From positions 1-64,000 of the IMG/VR virus record IMGVR_UViG_3300036770_005287: a stretch of DNA of 64,000 nt, one strand, 5' to 3'. Position 1 is the first letter of the stretch, and every line of letters starts with the position of its first letter. The notes below the pieces were generated by a model that was given only the letters and a program-made list of their open reading frames with translations, had not been told where the DNA came from and searched no databases. Made by a program: the position numbers and the translations under genes. The DNA comes from a virus. Of this stretch, positions 49,346-59,543 are shown in pieces.

Positions 49346-51010
49346 TCATGCGGCCTTTTGTTTTTTGCTGAGATACTGCGCAGCCAGCGCCTGTATACGG
49401 GATTTATCGGAGTGTTTTGCTTCAAACTGGCGGCCCGGATCCACAATGCCGGATGATTGAAACATCTTGAGGCCTAAAAGCTCGACCATTGGCGGATCAC
49501 TGCCTTCGTCAGCGTTTAAGTAAATTGCGGTGATTTGCTCTTGCTGGCCTTCACGGTCCAGGCGGCCAATGATTTGTTCGTGCACTTTCGGGCTCCAATC
49601 CAACTCGCCAAAAATGACGGTCGAACACCGGTGCTGCAAACCATCAAGGCCAGCACCTGAGCGCAGCGACATAATGAAGATGTTTGTTTCTTTGGCTACA
49701 AAGGCGCGCACGGCTTCATTTTTCTGCCTGTCTGACTCAGAACCGGTAAACATTACCGGCTTTAAATCCCTGAGCTCTTTTAGCCAGATGTCATATACGT
49801 CCCGGTGCCACCCCATCAAGAGCACAGGAACGTCGTTCTCTGCCATGATCCGGACATAGCTGGCGACTGCTTTGGCCTTACTGACGCCGGTTGCATGACG
49901 CAGCAACAAATCCAGCTCCCGGCCGGCACGGCCTCGCTCCATAAATGAGCCCATTTGAGTGCGCATTGCCAGCTGGCGCGCAAGTGCCTCAACATCTTTG
50001 AGGGCTTTCTCATCCGGATCCACGTACTCAATGATGCTGTTCAGTGGTGGCATTTGCTGACCGACTTCGCGCTTGGTTCTGCGCAGCATAATGTTTTGTT
50101 CGCGCAGGTATGAGCCCAGGGCCTCTGGATCAATAACTTGCTTATCGTCACGACACCATTCCCGCAAAAACTCATCCCAGCCGCCCAGTACGGTCGGATC
50201 CAGCATTTTTAGAATGTTGAATATCTCAGAGCCATAGTTGTAAATAGGCGTAGCAGACAGGCCAAGCCGGTATTGTGCATACTGGCTGAGAATATTGGCC
50301 GCGCAGCCCTTATCACTCTCTGTACCGCGGCGCAGCTCCTGAATTTCGTCATAAATAACCGTTTTAAAGAAGCCATCCCGGTAGGTATCAACCCATCCGG
50401 AAAGCTGGCTGTAGCGAAATAAATAAACATCAGCCTCCGGCAAGCTGTAGGGCCTTGTACCCTTGATGCAATGCACGCGCAGCGTCGTGAACTGCTCGAT
50501 TTTCTCTTTCCACTGCGACTGCAGGTGCGTTTGCACCACAACGGCCGCTGGTATGGTTGCCGGCTCCAATAAAAGCCCTGCAGCGGTATATGTTTTGCCA
50601 AGGCCAACATCATCGCCCAGCAGCAACGCCTTTCTGAGCAATGTCAGCTCAATTGCCTGGGACTGATATGGGCGCACGTTCTGACCATCACGCAGCCCCT
50701 GGCGCGTTTTGAATTCGAACCCCGGCCGCAAGATATCTTCCATCCGGTTTTGTGTCGCAAAGTACTGCTTTTCGCCTTTGTTAAGCGCGCGGCGATCAGC
50801 AACTGACATCGAAAACGGGTACCGGGATTCAAACCAGGACAAATCAGCACAGTGATTCTCATCGTTAGGAAAATCAAAAGGCCCGCTTGATGCTTTGTAA
50901 ATGCGCGGAAACAGCTGCTTTAAGCGGATGGCCACATGCGGCGGAATATCCGCCAGCCGCCATTTATTATTGATAAGGGACAACTGCCCGTAGGTCCTTT
51001 TCATAACCAT
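49346..51010 (-). CDS. SNF2-family helicase/ATPase
   Basis: DDVGLGKT, YDEIQ, LSATP and C-terminal 'GLDG.Q...ELDW.P..HEQ..GR..R.GQ'. Confidence 0.9.
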   Translation of the reverse strand: MVMKRTYGQLSLINNKWRLADIPPHVAIRLKQLFPRIYKASSGPFDFPNDENHCADLSWFESRYPFSMSVADRRALNKGEKQYFATQNRMEDILRPGFEFKTRQGLRDGQNVRPYQSQAIELTLLRKALLLGDDVGLGKTYTAAGLLLEPATIPAAVVVQTHLQSQWKEKIEQFTTLRVHCIKGTRPYSLPEADVYLFRYSQLSGWVDTYRDGFFKTVIYDEIQELRRGTESDKGCAANILSQYAQYRLGLSATPIYNYGSEIFNILKMLDPTVLGGWDEFLREWCRDDKQVIDPEALGSYLREQNIMLRRTKREVGQQMPPLNSIIEYVDPDEKALKDVEALARQLAMRTQMGSFMERGRAGRELDLLLRHATGVSKAKAVASYVRIMAENDVPVLLMGWHRDVYDIWLKELRDLKPVMFTGSESDRQKNEAVRAFVAKETNIFIMSLRSGAGLDGLQHRCSTVIFGELDWSPKVHEQIIGRLDREGQQEQITAIYLNADEGSDPPMVELLGLKMFQSSGIVDPGRQFEAKHSDKSRIQALAAQYLSKKQKAA

Positions 51011-51630
51011 CCGGCCCCCATCGACGCCACAAAAGCGGGCTTTTCATTGATTTTTTCAGGCAGGTGCATTGCAGTGGCGGTATACAAGATCAGCGCAGCA
51101 ATATCGTCATGCTGAGCGTAGCGCTCTAACTGCCGGTATATCGACTTGCGCTGCGCTTTGATTTTGAGCTCAATCACAACCTGCTGAGCGCTCAGCTTCA
51201 CCACAAAATCCGGAATGTCTTTATCTGACAGGCGCTTTTCGCGCTCGAACTCATACCCGGCATCTTCCAGCAAATCCGCCAAATCGGCCTGAGCCGTTTT
51301 TTCATCAGATGTCTTCAACCGTTGCCGGCTTAAAAATCGCAATAGGTCTTGCACGTCATCTGGTTTGACTGCCGGAATATCGGCCAGATTAGTCACTGTC
51401 CAGGTGTGTTCTGGCGGTGTATGTTCTTCAGGCCGGATCTGCACTTCACTTGCCGGCAGCGGGCAGGCTTCAGGAATTCGCCAAAGTTTGACAACGCCAG
51501 TGCCGTAATCAACATGATGCGGCACAACAAAGCCAGTTGCTTTACAGCCAACGATATCGACAAAACCGGTGTATTTGCATAAGTTGGCGCAACCGCCACA
51601 GTTAAGCGCAGGTTTCACAGGCGCCTCCAT
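51001..51630 (-). CDS. PD-(D/E)XK nuclease-like protein with Cys-rich N-terminus
   Basis: 'IPDF...VIELKIK...QLERYA'. Confidence 0.7.
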   Translation of the reverse strand: MEAPVKPALNCGGCANLCKYTGFVDIVGCKATGFVVPHHVDYGTGVVKLWRIPEACPLPASEVQIRPEEHTPPEHTWTVTNLADIPAVKPDDVQDLLRFLSRQRLKTSDEKTAQADLADLLEDAGYEFEREKRLSDKDIPDFVVKLSAQQVVIELKIKAQRKSIYRQLERYAQHDDIAALILYTATAMHLPEKINEKPAFVASMGAGWL

Positions 51631-51858
51631 TTTTATGGTTAGATAAAAGCCCTAGGCGGCGCATGCATGCCCTGAATTTTTCACTGGCTAGTCGGTTGTG
51701 CTCGCGCTCAAACCAATCAACAGCGCGCTGCAGCTCAGTAATATCCCGCGGCACCGGGTAGGACTTAAAATTGCGGTCAGTAGGTCCACGGCGCAGCAAT
51801 TCGCCGCGGCGCTCTGGATTTAATTGATAGGTGGATCCCTTAATCGTCAAAGGCCGGC

Positions 51859-52341
51859 TCATCGCCCCCCCTGATAGATAATGCCCAAGATGGTACGGGC
51901 TTTGTCGTAGTGCCCCAGCAAAATACCGTTATCACTATCAGTCTGAACAAAGTGATCAGCCTGCTCAGGTAGCATGCTCGGATCGTCATCCAATATCAGA
52001 TAGTTCTCGATATCCTGGTGACGTGATAGCCATTCTGCGATTTCATGGCCGCGCGTCAGGCCATCAATGCTTTTGGTGCGCCAGTCATGGTGGAATGCGT
52101 TTGCGATATCTTTAAAGCCACAGCAGCGGAATATCTGCTTTAGTTCGCGCGGATCATCAGGGCCATGCCGCCAGCTTGAACTGATCACCACGTGGCAATT
52201 TGCTTTGATAATGAGATTACGGACCATGTGCATTGCGGCCGGCTCAAAAACACTGACGAATCCACATTCATCGACTGCAGTGGAATAACGCGGCGACTGG
52301 ATCACGCCATCGATATCCAGAAAAATGACAGGCCGGCTCAT
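51859..52341 (-). CDS. HAD-domain protein (Swiss-Army-Knife RNA-repair type)
   Basis: FLDIDGV, VISSSWR, RG.EI..WL and YLILDDD motifs. Confidence 0.85.
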   Translation of the reverse strand: MSRPVIFLDIDGVIQSPRYSTAVDECGFVSVFEPAAMHMVRNLIIKANCHVVISSSWRHGPDDPRELKQIFRCCGFKDIANAFHHDWRTKSIDGLTRGHEIAEWLSRHQDIENYLILDDDPSMLPEQADHFVQTDSDNGILLGHYDKARTILGIIYQGGR

Positions 52342-53022
52342 TGAGCACCGCCAGCTTTGCTTTGGCCGCAATCCAGACAAAACAGCACCGCAATGCCATC
52401 CTCTGTTTGCTGCTCTATAGCATTGGTACAAGCACAATCCGCCAGCGCTGCCCATGGCAAATATTCCTCAGAAAGCGCAGCTATCGAAGCGGCAGTAACA
52501 CGCTGCCCAGTCAGCACTGAAAGTTTATGAATGCCCGCAATGAAGTGAATCCGTGCGCCATGCTCAGCTACTTTGGCCGCAGATTCATAGCTGTGTTGAT
52601 TCATGCTGTACCGCCTGGCTGCTGTGCCAACTGCCGTGCGTATTTCAGGATCGCGGCCGGGTTTCGTATCAACCAACGCGGGCAGGTATTTTTCGGCCAT
52701 CCATCCTCGCCGCTGTAGTCATCCCAGTCGGTAAAAGTATCGAAAACATACTCTTTCAACATGGTCCAGCAGCAGGCGTCAGACCATTCCGGTTCGTAAT
52801 ACCCGCTCATTGCTCCATAGCCAATCGTGCCAGGCAGCTGATTAAAGTATTGCGATACTTCACCACCCCGATAGCGCCAGCGGTATTTGCGATACACTTG
52901 CGGCGTCCTTTCTAAATCACCGTCAACAGGCCCAGAAACTACACGCTCTAAAGTTTGCGTCAAACCAAGCGCGATAACGATAGGCTCTGCCTTTTGTGTG
53001 AGTTTTTTCAGAATGCGCGGAT

Positions 53023-54174
53023 TCACTTCAGCACCTCACGATTGCCAAGATGGTTCGGAGTGCTGACAACACCTTTTGCTTCCATCGATTCAATCAGGCG
53101 CGCGGCACGGTTGTAGCCAATTCTGAATTGACGCTGCACTGCAGACACTGACGCTTTGCGGGATAAAATGACGAAGGCCTCAGCCTCTGCATAAAACGGA
53201 TCCGCCAGCTCTGACACCTCATCATCAGTACTGGCCGTATCACTTTCTGGCGCGGACACACTGACTTTTGAAACCGGCTCACCAACCAGGCTGATTAATG
53301 AAGCAATCACGTTTCTCATCTGGTCGATACATAAGATCCAATCTGCATTTAAGCGCAGCTCTAAATCTTCCCAGCCCATTTCATCATTCGTATTGGCAAT
53401 GATGTCATGCCACTTAATACCAGTCAGGACACCGCAATCTTTAATCTTGAATTCGTACTGCTCAGGCACAGCCAGCACCAGCTCAGTAACTAACTTGTCC
53501 TCTAAATGGCTTTGCACTTCCTGAGCGCTCAGCAGCTGATTATCAAACGTTGCTTTGGCGCCTTCTTCGTCCGGGGCTTTGAGCTTTGCGGCGTGCCCGA
53601 GCACATAACCGGCCGGCAAATCTTTTTGAGCAAGCCACGACTGCATAAAGCTGCTAAGGCTATGAGAATTGCACCACGGCACCAGCGGCAAACTACCGAT
53701 GGCTTTACGTAACATGGCTAATAGGTCCTCAGCGCGACTGGCTGAATTGGTATTGACGATCACATAGCCGGCTTTTAAATCGATAGCGGCAACGTACACG
53801 GTTGATTTTGAAAACGCGCGCGGCAATAACGTCTGGATCAGCTCTTCTTTGAGGCCCTGCTTTTCTTTGCGGCCAAGCGGCCGGCCTTTTTCCGCTTCGA
53901 GCGCATCAATTTTTGGCTGCAGCTCTTCAGCAAGGACCTGTGCCGGTAATAGTTTTTCCTGACGTTTGAGCGCCACCAGGTAAATATCATCCGTAACGGC
54001 ATGGCAGTAGCTTTTAATTTTTGGATGCACCGGATAGGTAAAACCGAGCTTTAACGCGTCCTGTCCCATGCAAGGCGTAAACTTGTGCGCTGCAAGTAAT
54101 ACCTCTAATCCTGCTGCATCTACCTGCAACGGCTCTGTCATTTTGTAAATTCGCGCGTGCTTTAACAAAGGCAT
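53023..54174 (-). CDS. rdgC: RdgC fused to a C-terminal FtsK-gamma domain
   Basis: RdgC motifs ([24 protein letters not shown]) then 'DPFY.EA..FV.....[27 protein letters not shown]...GNREVL'. Confidence 0.9.
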   Translation of the reverse strand: MPLLKHARIYKMTEPLQVDAAGLEVLLAAHKFTPCMGQDALKLGFTYPVHPKIKSYCHAVTDDIYLVALKRQEKLLPAQVLAEELQPKIDALEAEKGRPLGRKEKQGLKEELIQTLLPRAFSKSTVYVAAIDLKAGYVIVNTNSASRAEDLLAMLRKAIGSLPLVPWCNSHSLSSFMQSWLAQKDLPAGYVLGHAAKLKAPDEEGAKATFDNQLLSAQEVQSHLEDKLVTELVLAVPEQYEFKIKDCGVLTGIKWHDIIANTNDEMGWEDLELRLNADWILCIDQMRNVIASLISLVGEPVSKVSVSAPESDTASTDDEVSELADPFYAEAEAFVILSRKASVSAVQRQFRIGYNRAARLIESMEAKGVVSTPNHLGNREVLK

Positions 54175-54187
54175 TTTTAACCCTGCC

Positions 54188-54204
54188 GATTTACACTGTA
54201 AATC
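54188..54204. other. parS2-type palindrome
   Basis: Same 17-mer just upstream of rdgC. Confidence 0.7.
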
Positions 54205-54258
54205 GCCTTATAATCATATAGTTAACCAAAAGCGCCGACTGTAAATCGGCGCACAAAA

Positions 54259-55851
54259 TCACTCTTCTTCATCACCAATCAAAAGGCCTTCGCGCTTTTG
54301 GCGCAGCCGTTCTTGAGCTGCTTCAATGCGGTCCCGGATTTTTAGCAAGTCACGCGGGCCGGTGGCGTAATGAGATCTCCGCGCCTCGTTGTGCTTTTCT
54401 TGGTTGCGTCGGGTAATGACTAAATCTTGTTGGCTTAAATGCATTTTTGTTATTCCAAAACAGGGACCGCAGGGGCCGCATCAATCATTGCTTTGTAGTC
54501 TTCGGTTAACAGGAGGTCTTCACCTTCTTCAAAGTCTTGACCAAGTGCCGCTGCTAACTGATCTTGTGTTGGACAATAGGGCACTACCCGGTGAGTTTCT
54601 GGCACCAGGACCACAGTCCGCTTGTCCGGAACTTTTGCGATGTTTTTGATGGCAGCGTCGGCCATGGCGCCAATGCGCTGCCGAGCATCTGGATCTGATA
54701 CCGATTTATCCGCTGATAACGTATGGATATCGATAAGAGTTGCGAGTAAAGAGTGTTCGCGTTGTGATGTATTCATTAATGTGTCTGCCCTTATAAGTTC
54801 GACCGTGTTACCAGCACGGTCAAACAAACACGCCGGTTAAGCCGGCGCACTTACCTGCGACGCTGGCGCCAGAAATAGCCGCCAGTGACGCCAGATTTCA
54901 TCCAACAGCGGGCTGGGCGTAAAAACCGCCAGCGCTTCAGCTGCCAATTCAAATTCAGATTGCCGGCAAAAGACTTGCACAAAACGGCTTTGCACAAACC
55001 AGGCAACAAACTCAGCCGAGTCGTCAAACTGAGCAAGCTCATGCTCTCGATGCAAATCATGCATATCGCGCTGAGAAATAGAGCCCGGCAATGGTGCGTA
55101 AATGTAAGGGACGCCGGCGCTTTGTGGGCCTTGTAACACCCGAGCCAGCCGGGCGCGCGTTTCTTCAACTGAGAATTCAAGTGCATTCGGGCCGAGTAAC
55201 TTACAAAACTGGTCTTTGGAATAGGACCGCAGAACGCTAAGCGGCGTAGAGTGCCCGGCAGTCACAGGGAATTGGTGAGTCTTTTTCCACAAACCAACCT
55301 GAACAATCAAAAGGCCAAGCGTCGATGTTTGCTCAAGCCGAAACAGGATATTGACCACGCGGTCTTGATGACTGTATTTAATCGTCGGCATTTCAGGCGT
55401 TAGTAGGGACGCTGACATAAGGCCCCCGCCTGATTCTGTTTATACATGCGCCAGGCGGCCCTATCGGTCCCGGTGATGGCTTTGTAATTTGGATGCTTGA
55501 TCGCATCCGCCAGCGCCATAAAACCGTCTTTACATTGCAGGCAGCTGATGCCGCTACAGCACGGGCACTCAACCAAGCCATTTTGGGCCGTTGATAACAG
55601 CATGCCGCGCTTTAGGTGTCTAACATTGCGATACATCAGGCAGCCCCCTCTGTACCCGCTGTTAAATCAGCACGAATGAACTGCTCTCTTTTGGCCGGCG
55701 TCATAGCCGCAAAACTTTCAACGGCAGCACGAACTAACACGCTGTCAGAAGCCGGCATACCAGCGGCATGCGCCTCTTTTTTTGCCTGCGCAATCAAGCC
55801 AACTTGCTTTGGTCGCATTGCGTAACTTTTTGGTTGTGTCTTTTTGCTCAT
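54259..55851 (-). other. Five small hypothetical early genes, the first (55636..55851) RHH-like
   Basis: ORFs 54259..54444, 54450..54827, 54837..55418, 55400..55636, 55636..55851. Confidence 0.55.
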
Positions 55852-55887
55852 ATTCTGCAGCCGGTTATTAATCGTTATTAAGGTTAT

Positions 55888-55899
55888 TATCCTAACGTT
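55888..55899 (-). promoter_or_regulatory. AACGTTAGGATA motif
   Basis: Exact copy at the edge of the origin-like region. Confidence 0.7.
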
Positions 55900-56060
55900 G
55901 AATAGGCAATAATTTTAATTAATATTTTTGACTGTAAATAAGAACAGTATTGGATCAGTAAAAAAGAATGGATCTGCAAAACGAGCGGATCTAAACTGCG
56001 ATCCGTTTTGAAAATGATCTGTTTAGATCCGCGTTTGGATCGTCTAAGATGGATTGGAAA
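55900..56060. other. Origin-like region: AT-rich tract, 7 GATC and an inverted repeat
   Basis: GATC at 55953, 55971, 55988, 56000, 56016, 56026, 56038; GCGGATCTAAAC (55985) / GTTTAGATCCGC (56021). Confidence 0.6.
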
Positions 56061-56107
56061 GATTAACTAACTACAGGTTTTAGATGGGAAAATAATGAAG
56101 AGCACAA

Positions 56108-56201
56108 AATAAAAAAGGACTCCGCCAAGAGTCCTCTTTTATGGGTCGAAACGCTGAACACCTGAGCATCAGGGGAAGCAACTATCTCACACCTCAAATC
56201 C
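56108..56201 (-). ncRNA. Predicted antisense (countertranscript) RNA in the rep leader
   Basis: Minus-strand TTGACC (56237-32), 18 bp, TATCAT (56213-08); terminator hairpin AGGACTC/GAGTCCT with U-tract ending near 56111. Confidence 0.5.
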
Positions 56202-56277
56202 AAGGTGATGATAGTTCAAAAATGCTCAGCGGGTCAACTCGCGCTCAAAAAAAAACCAATAAAAAGAGCATTTTTAC

Positions 56278-57129
56278 ATGGAAACTATCTTCACAATTCG
56301 GCATAGCGCCGCGTTGGTATCTGCTATTGAGCTTTTGATATCAACAAAAATGATAAAATCAGGGCCTGGCAGGACATTGCAGGCCATTGCGCTTTTCTGG
56401 AATCCGCAAGGACAAATCTACCCGAGTCAGCAAAAACTAGCGCTGATGACCGGCGTTGCACGCCGAACCATCATTACTCACATTCAGGCTTTAACTGACG
56501 CCGGGATAATCACGACATCTGCCCGCTTTAAGAAACACACTGACGGCACTGTTAGCTGCGCCAGTCTGAACTATGCCTTTGTGCAATCGAAGCTGGGAGA
56601 GCTGTTTGCCAAAGCCCGGCTTGCACTGAAAAAAGCCGCGGTTGCAGCAGCCAAGAGCCAGAAAAAAGATCACATAGCCCCCCTGGAAAATGATCACACT
56701 ATCAGCTCTACCGAGCATGGTCCTTCGGACGTTAAGATCACTGTCCGCAGCGCACTGCTGGACTGGTTTAAATCTCAAATCTCAAAAGCTCTGCAAAGCG
56801 AAAGCAATCACCAGGGCGCTATTGCCAAAAAAGCAGCCTATAACGCAGCTACAGAACGCAACCGCATTGCAAGAGGGCAAGCATTCAGCCCTGAAGAGCA
56901 AAAACGCCGCAAAGCCATTGCAGACGCGGTAAGGCCTGAGCGTGAAAAAGCCGCCAGCACGGCAGAACGGATTATTGAGCTGTCAAAAGCCCTGCTAACC
57001 TGGACGCGCAGTAAAACCGGTTTTGACAAGGCGCAGCATGCCGAGCTGATGACACTCACGGCAAACGGCGCCTATCTGGATATCGCAACCAAGATTGCAG
57101 CTGGCAACTATTCAGCAGCTGCAAATTAG
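56278..57129 (+). CDS. RepL-like replication initiator (N-terminal wHTH)
   Basis: 'YPSQQKLALMTGVARRTI..HI..L...GII'; size and layout resemble P1 RepL; three GATCAC in the linker region. Confidence 0.6.
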   Translation: METIFTIRHSAALVSAIELLISTKMIKSGPGRTLQAIALFWNPQGQIYPSQQKLALMTGVARRTIITHIQALTDAGIITTSARFKKHTDGTVSCASLNYAFVQSKLGELFAKARLALKKAAVAAAKSQKKDHIAPLENDHTISSTEHGPSDVKITVRSALLDWFKSQISKALQSESNHQGAIAKKAAYNAATERNRIARGQAFSPEEQKRRKAIADAVRPEREKAASTAERIIELSKALLTWTRSKTGFDKAQHAELMTLTANGAYLDIATKIAAGNYSAAAN

Positions 57130-57176
57130 CGCTGGTTTTATCATGGTGATGGTTGAACAACCAAGGGGGACCAACC

Positions 57177-57632
57177 GTGATAGACAAATTGCTAAAAGCT
57201 GGCTTGCCGTACCTGTCTGGTGCGTTATTGCTGCTCATTGCCGGCCTTGGCTTTGCCTGGTACCACGCCAGTAGCGGTCTGAAACTGGCACAGAGCCAGG
57301 CACAGACGCAAGCGGCAGAACTCAAAGGCAAATCCGAGCGCATTGGGGCGTTAGAACTTCAGCTGACCAGCGCGCAGGAAACGGCTGCAGAGAACCAGAA
57401 GGAACTGTTAGCCCTGCAAAGCAAGCACCGGGATTTGTCCGGGCGATTTACTGATCTGGAAAAAGCCAAGGCTGCCGCAGCGGCACACAACGCCCAAACA
57501 ATTAAAGAAATGATGGAGAAATTTGATAATGAAAATGACAGCTGCGCTCATCTACCTATGCCTGATCATGTTATTCGGATGCTCAACAACGCCGCCACCA
57601 GCGCCAAACGTTCAGTACATCGTCAAAACTGA
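57177..57632 (+). CDS. i-spanin (Rz-like)
   Basis: N-terminal TM, coiled coil and C-terminal 'CA..PMPD.VIRML'. Confidence 0.8.
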   Translation: MIDKLLKAGLPYLSGALLLLIAGLGFAWYHASSGLKLAQSQAQTQAAELKGKSERIGALELQLTSAQETAAENQKELLALQSKHRDLSGRFTDLEKAKAAAAAHNAQTIKEMMEKFDNENDSCAHLPMPDHVIRMLNNAATSAKRSVHRQN

Positions 57633-57840
57633 GCGTTACCGGGATCCGGTGCCTGAGCACATGACCGCGCCTTGTGAAGTGCCTGAGCTTGGCGGGCAAC
57701 AATGGAAATACAGCCCGGCGCTGTCGATGACGCTTTACACCGCACTGGCAAGCTGCAACAACAGACTGCAGCTGATTGAAGACTGTTACGGCAAAGGTGC
57801 AAGCAATGACAGCTGCGCACCGCCAGCACCAACAAAATGA
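57523..57840 (+). CDS. o-spanin (Rz1-like lipoprotein)
   Basis: Lipobox LFGC, Pro-rich, 'L..CN..L'; overlaps the i-spanin 3' end. Confidence 0.8.
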   Translation: MIMKMTAALIYLCLIMLFGCSTTPPPAPNVQYIVKTERYRDPVPEHMTAPCEVPELGGQQWKYSPALSMTLYTALASCNNRLQLIEDCYGKGASNDSCAPPAPTK

Positions 57841-57842
57841 CA

Positions 57843-57867
57843 AAGCCGGGTTAGCCCGGCTTTTTTA
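57843..57867. terminator. Intrinsic terminator
   Basis: AAAGCCGGG-TTAG-CCCGGCTTTTTT. Confidence 0.8.
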
Positions 57868-58213
57868 TCTCACACCATGCCACCGGCGTCCCATCGCGCA
57901 GCACCATATAACAAACTGGACCACGGTCAGTATGCATCAGGCCGCCCAGTAACACCGTATGTTTGCAGTAATTGGTCCAGGGACCTAAAACGCTATTCTC
58001 AGGCGAAAAACCACTGATCCCGGTAATTTTCACGGGCCTTTCGGTCTGCGCTAAATCTGATTCGTCTATCCAGCCTTCAAATTGAACATTCACCCATTCA
58101 CGCCCGTAGAGCAACACCGGTACCGACTGGCCGCACGCCGGATAGCCCGAGCTCACCACATGCGGCGCCAGGTATACGTTAGCCATATTGAATTTGCGCC
58201 GAATGCAGGGCAA
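57851..58213 (-). CDS. Hypothetical protein
   Basis: 120-aa ORF; start uncertain. Confidence 0.5.
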   Translation of the reverse strand: MPCIRRKFNMANVYLAPHVVSSGYPACGQSVPVLLYGREWVNVQFEGWIDESDLAQTERPVKITGISGFSPENSVLGPWTNYCKHTVLLGGLMHTDRGPVCYMVLRDGTPVAWCEIKKPG

Positions 58214-58256
58214 ATGAGCACCTTTTTAAAAACGGTTAAATGATTGATTGCATTGC

Positions 58257-58273
58257 GATTTACAGTGTAAATC
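58257..58273. other. parS2-type palindrome GATTTACAGTGTAAATC
   Basis: Reverse-complement copy, intergenic. Confidence 0.7.
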
Positions 58274-58330
58274 GGTTTGTTCTTTTCTGCTTCAATTTCA
58301 CGCGCATCCTTGCACGGGAAATTGGAGAAA

Positions 58331-58615
58331 TCAGTGGGTTTTTAGATATTCAGCTGCCGCGTGTGGAGAACCAAAGGCCGCACTGACGCCTTGAATGCGT
58401 TTAAGCTCAAGCTCAAGCCTTGCCGACTCTATAGCCTGCTGCTTTTCAGCTAAATAGGCTTCATGCACCGGGTAAAGCGCAACGGCCGAGCTTACAAACA
58501 CCAAGCTCATCAACAGATAAACAACCACTGACGGCCGATTGCCTGCTTTGACGCCCCACGCGGCCATAACAAGCGTCATCAGTGCCAGAAACACCAGCAA
58601 GTAAGCGACATTCAT
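58331..58615 (-). CDS. Small 2-TM membrane protein (possible holin/antiholin, P1 lydE position)
   Basis: Two N-terminal hydrophobic segments; coupled to the protease gene. Confidence 0.45.
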   Translation of the reverse strand: MNVAYLLVFLALMTLVMAAWGVKAGNRPSVVVYLLMSLVFVSSAVALYPVHEAYLAEKQQAIESARLELELKRIQGVSAAFGSPHAAAEYLKTH

Positions 58616-59541
58616 CAGACACGCCCCAGTTGACCAAAGTTGTTATATCGTGGTGCAACATGCTCGACCAATTCATCTGGTTTGCCGGCGTGCTGCGCAC
58701 CTGACTTAATCACTGGCGCTTTGTGCTCACCTGGTAACGCGCTTAAATCGGTTTTATGCATACTGCTCAGCAGCTGCACAACGGTTTCGACATCAGCGGC
58801 GGTTTTCATATTCAGCATTGCATGGCGCTGATCTGCAGTGACGAAAAACGGCAGTTTATCGAGCATAGTTTCCATGTTGCTGCGTACCATCTGCTGCTCT
58901 TGCATCATGGCTGATAACAGCATTTCGCTGTACGCTTCAGCATCCTGATTATCACCGCGGCTAAAGCTACTCAGCAGCTGCTGTGACGCATCACCAAACA
59001 CGGTCCCCATGCTTGATAACAGGCTATCTTGTGCACCAACTGAACTTAACAGCATCTGCTGACGCTGCAGCGGGATAAAATTAGGCTGGCGAACATAGTC
59101 AAAGCCTTTAAATGAGCGCGCAATGGCAGGACCGGTCCCCGGATTACTGCCGGCCATAGCCCACGAAAATCCGCCATGACCGGCCATGTAAAGCTCATAG
59201 CACTTGCGGCCCATTTCCGTCGGCAGGAATTCTTGTGTGTGTGTGACATTGCCGGCATCGTCAACATCCACCTCAAGCGTGCGTACAACTGGCTCAATCT
59301 GCAGCACCACGGCCTTGCCATCGACCTGAACCACTTCCATTTCGCCCGGATCAATCTTGCCGCTGAGTTCGCGCGGCCGGTGTCCAAAAAAGCCAATGGC
59401 TTCTTTAAGGCGGATCCGCTCTTTTGTTTCAGATGAGCGCAACGTTTGCTGCAGCGCAGATAATTGGAAACTTTGCGGCGCTGGATTGTGGCGGCGCCCG
59501 TCGTTGAAAATATTAAAGGTTTCTTTGACGATCATCGTCAT
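58615..59541 (-). CDS. pro: Prohead protease (P1 Pro-like)
   Basis: 'G.FGH..R', 'VTHTQEFL.T..G', 'GGFSWA' and 'GFDYV.QPNF'. Confidence 0.8.
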   Translation of the reverse strand: MTMIVKETFNIFNDGRRHNPAPQSFQLSALQQTLRSSETKERIRLKEAIGFFGHRPRELSGKIDPGEMEVVQVDGKAVVLQIEPVVRTLEVDVDDAGNVTHTQEFLPTEMGRKCYELYMAGHGGFSWAMAGSNPGTGPAIARSFKGFDYVRQPNFIPLQRQQMLLSSVGAQDSLLSSMGTVFGDASQQLLSSFSRGDNQDAEAYSEMLLSAMMQEQQMVRSNMETMLDKLPFFVTADQRHAMLNMKTAADVETVVQLLSSMHKTDLSALPGEHKAPVIKSGAQHAGKPDELVEHVAPRYNNFGQLGRV

Positions 59542-59543
59542 AT

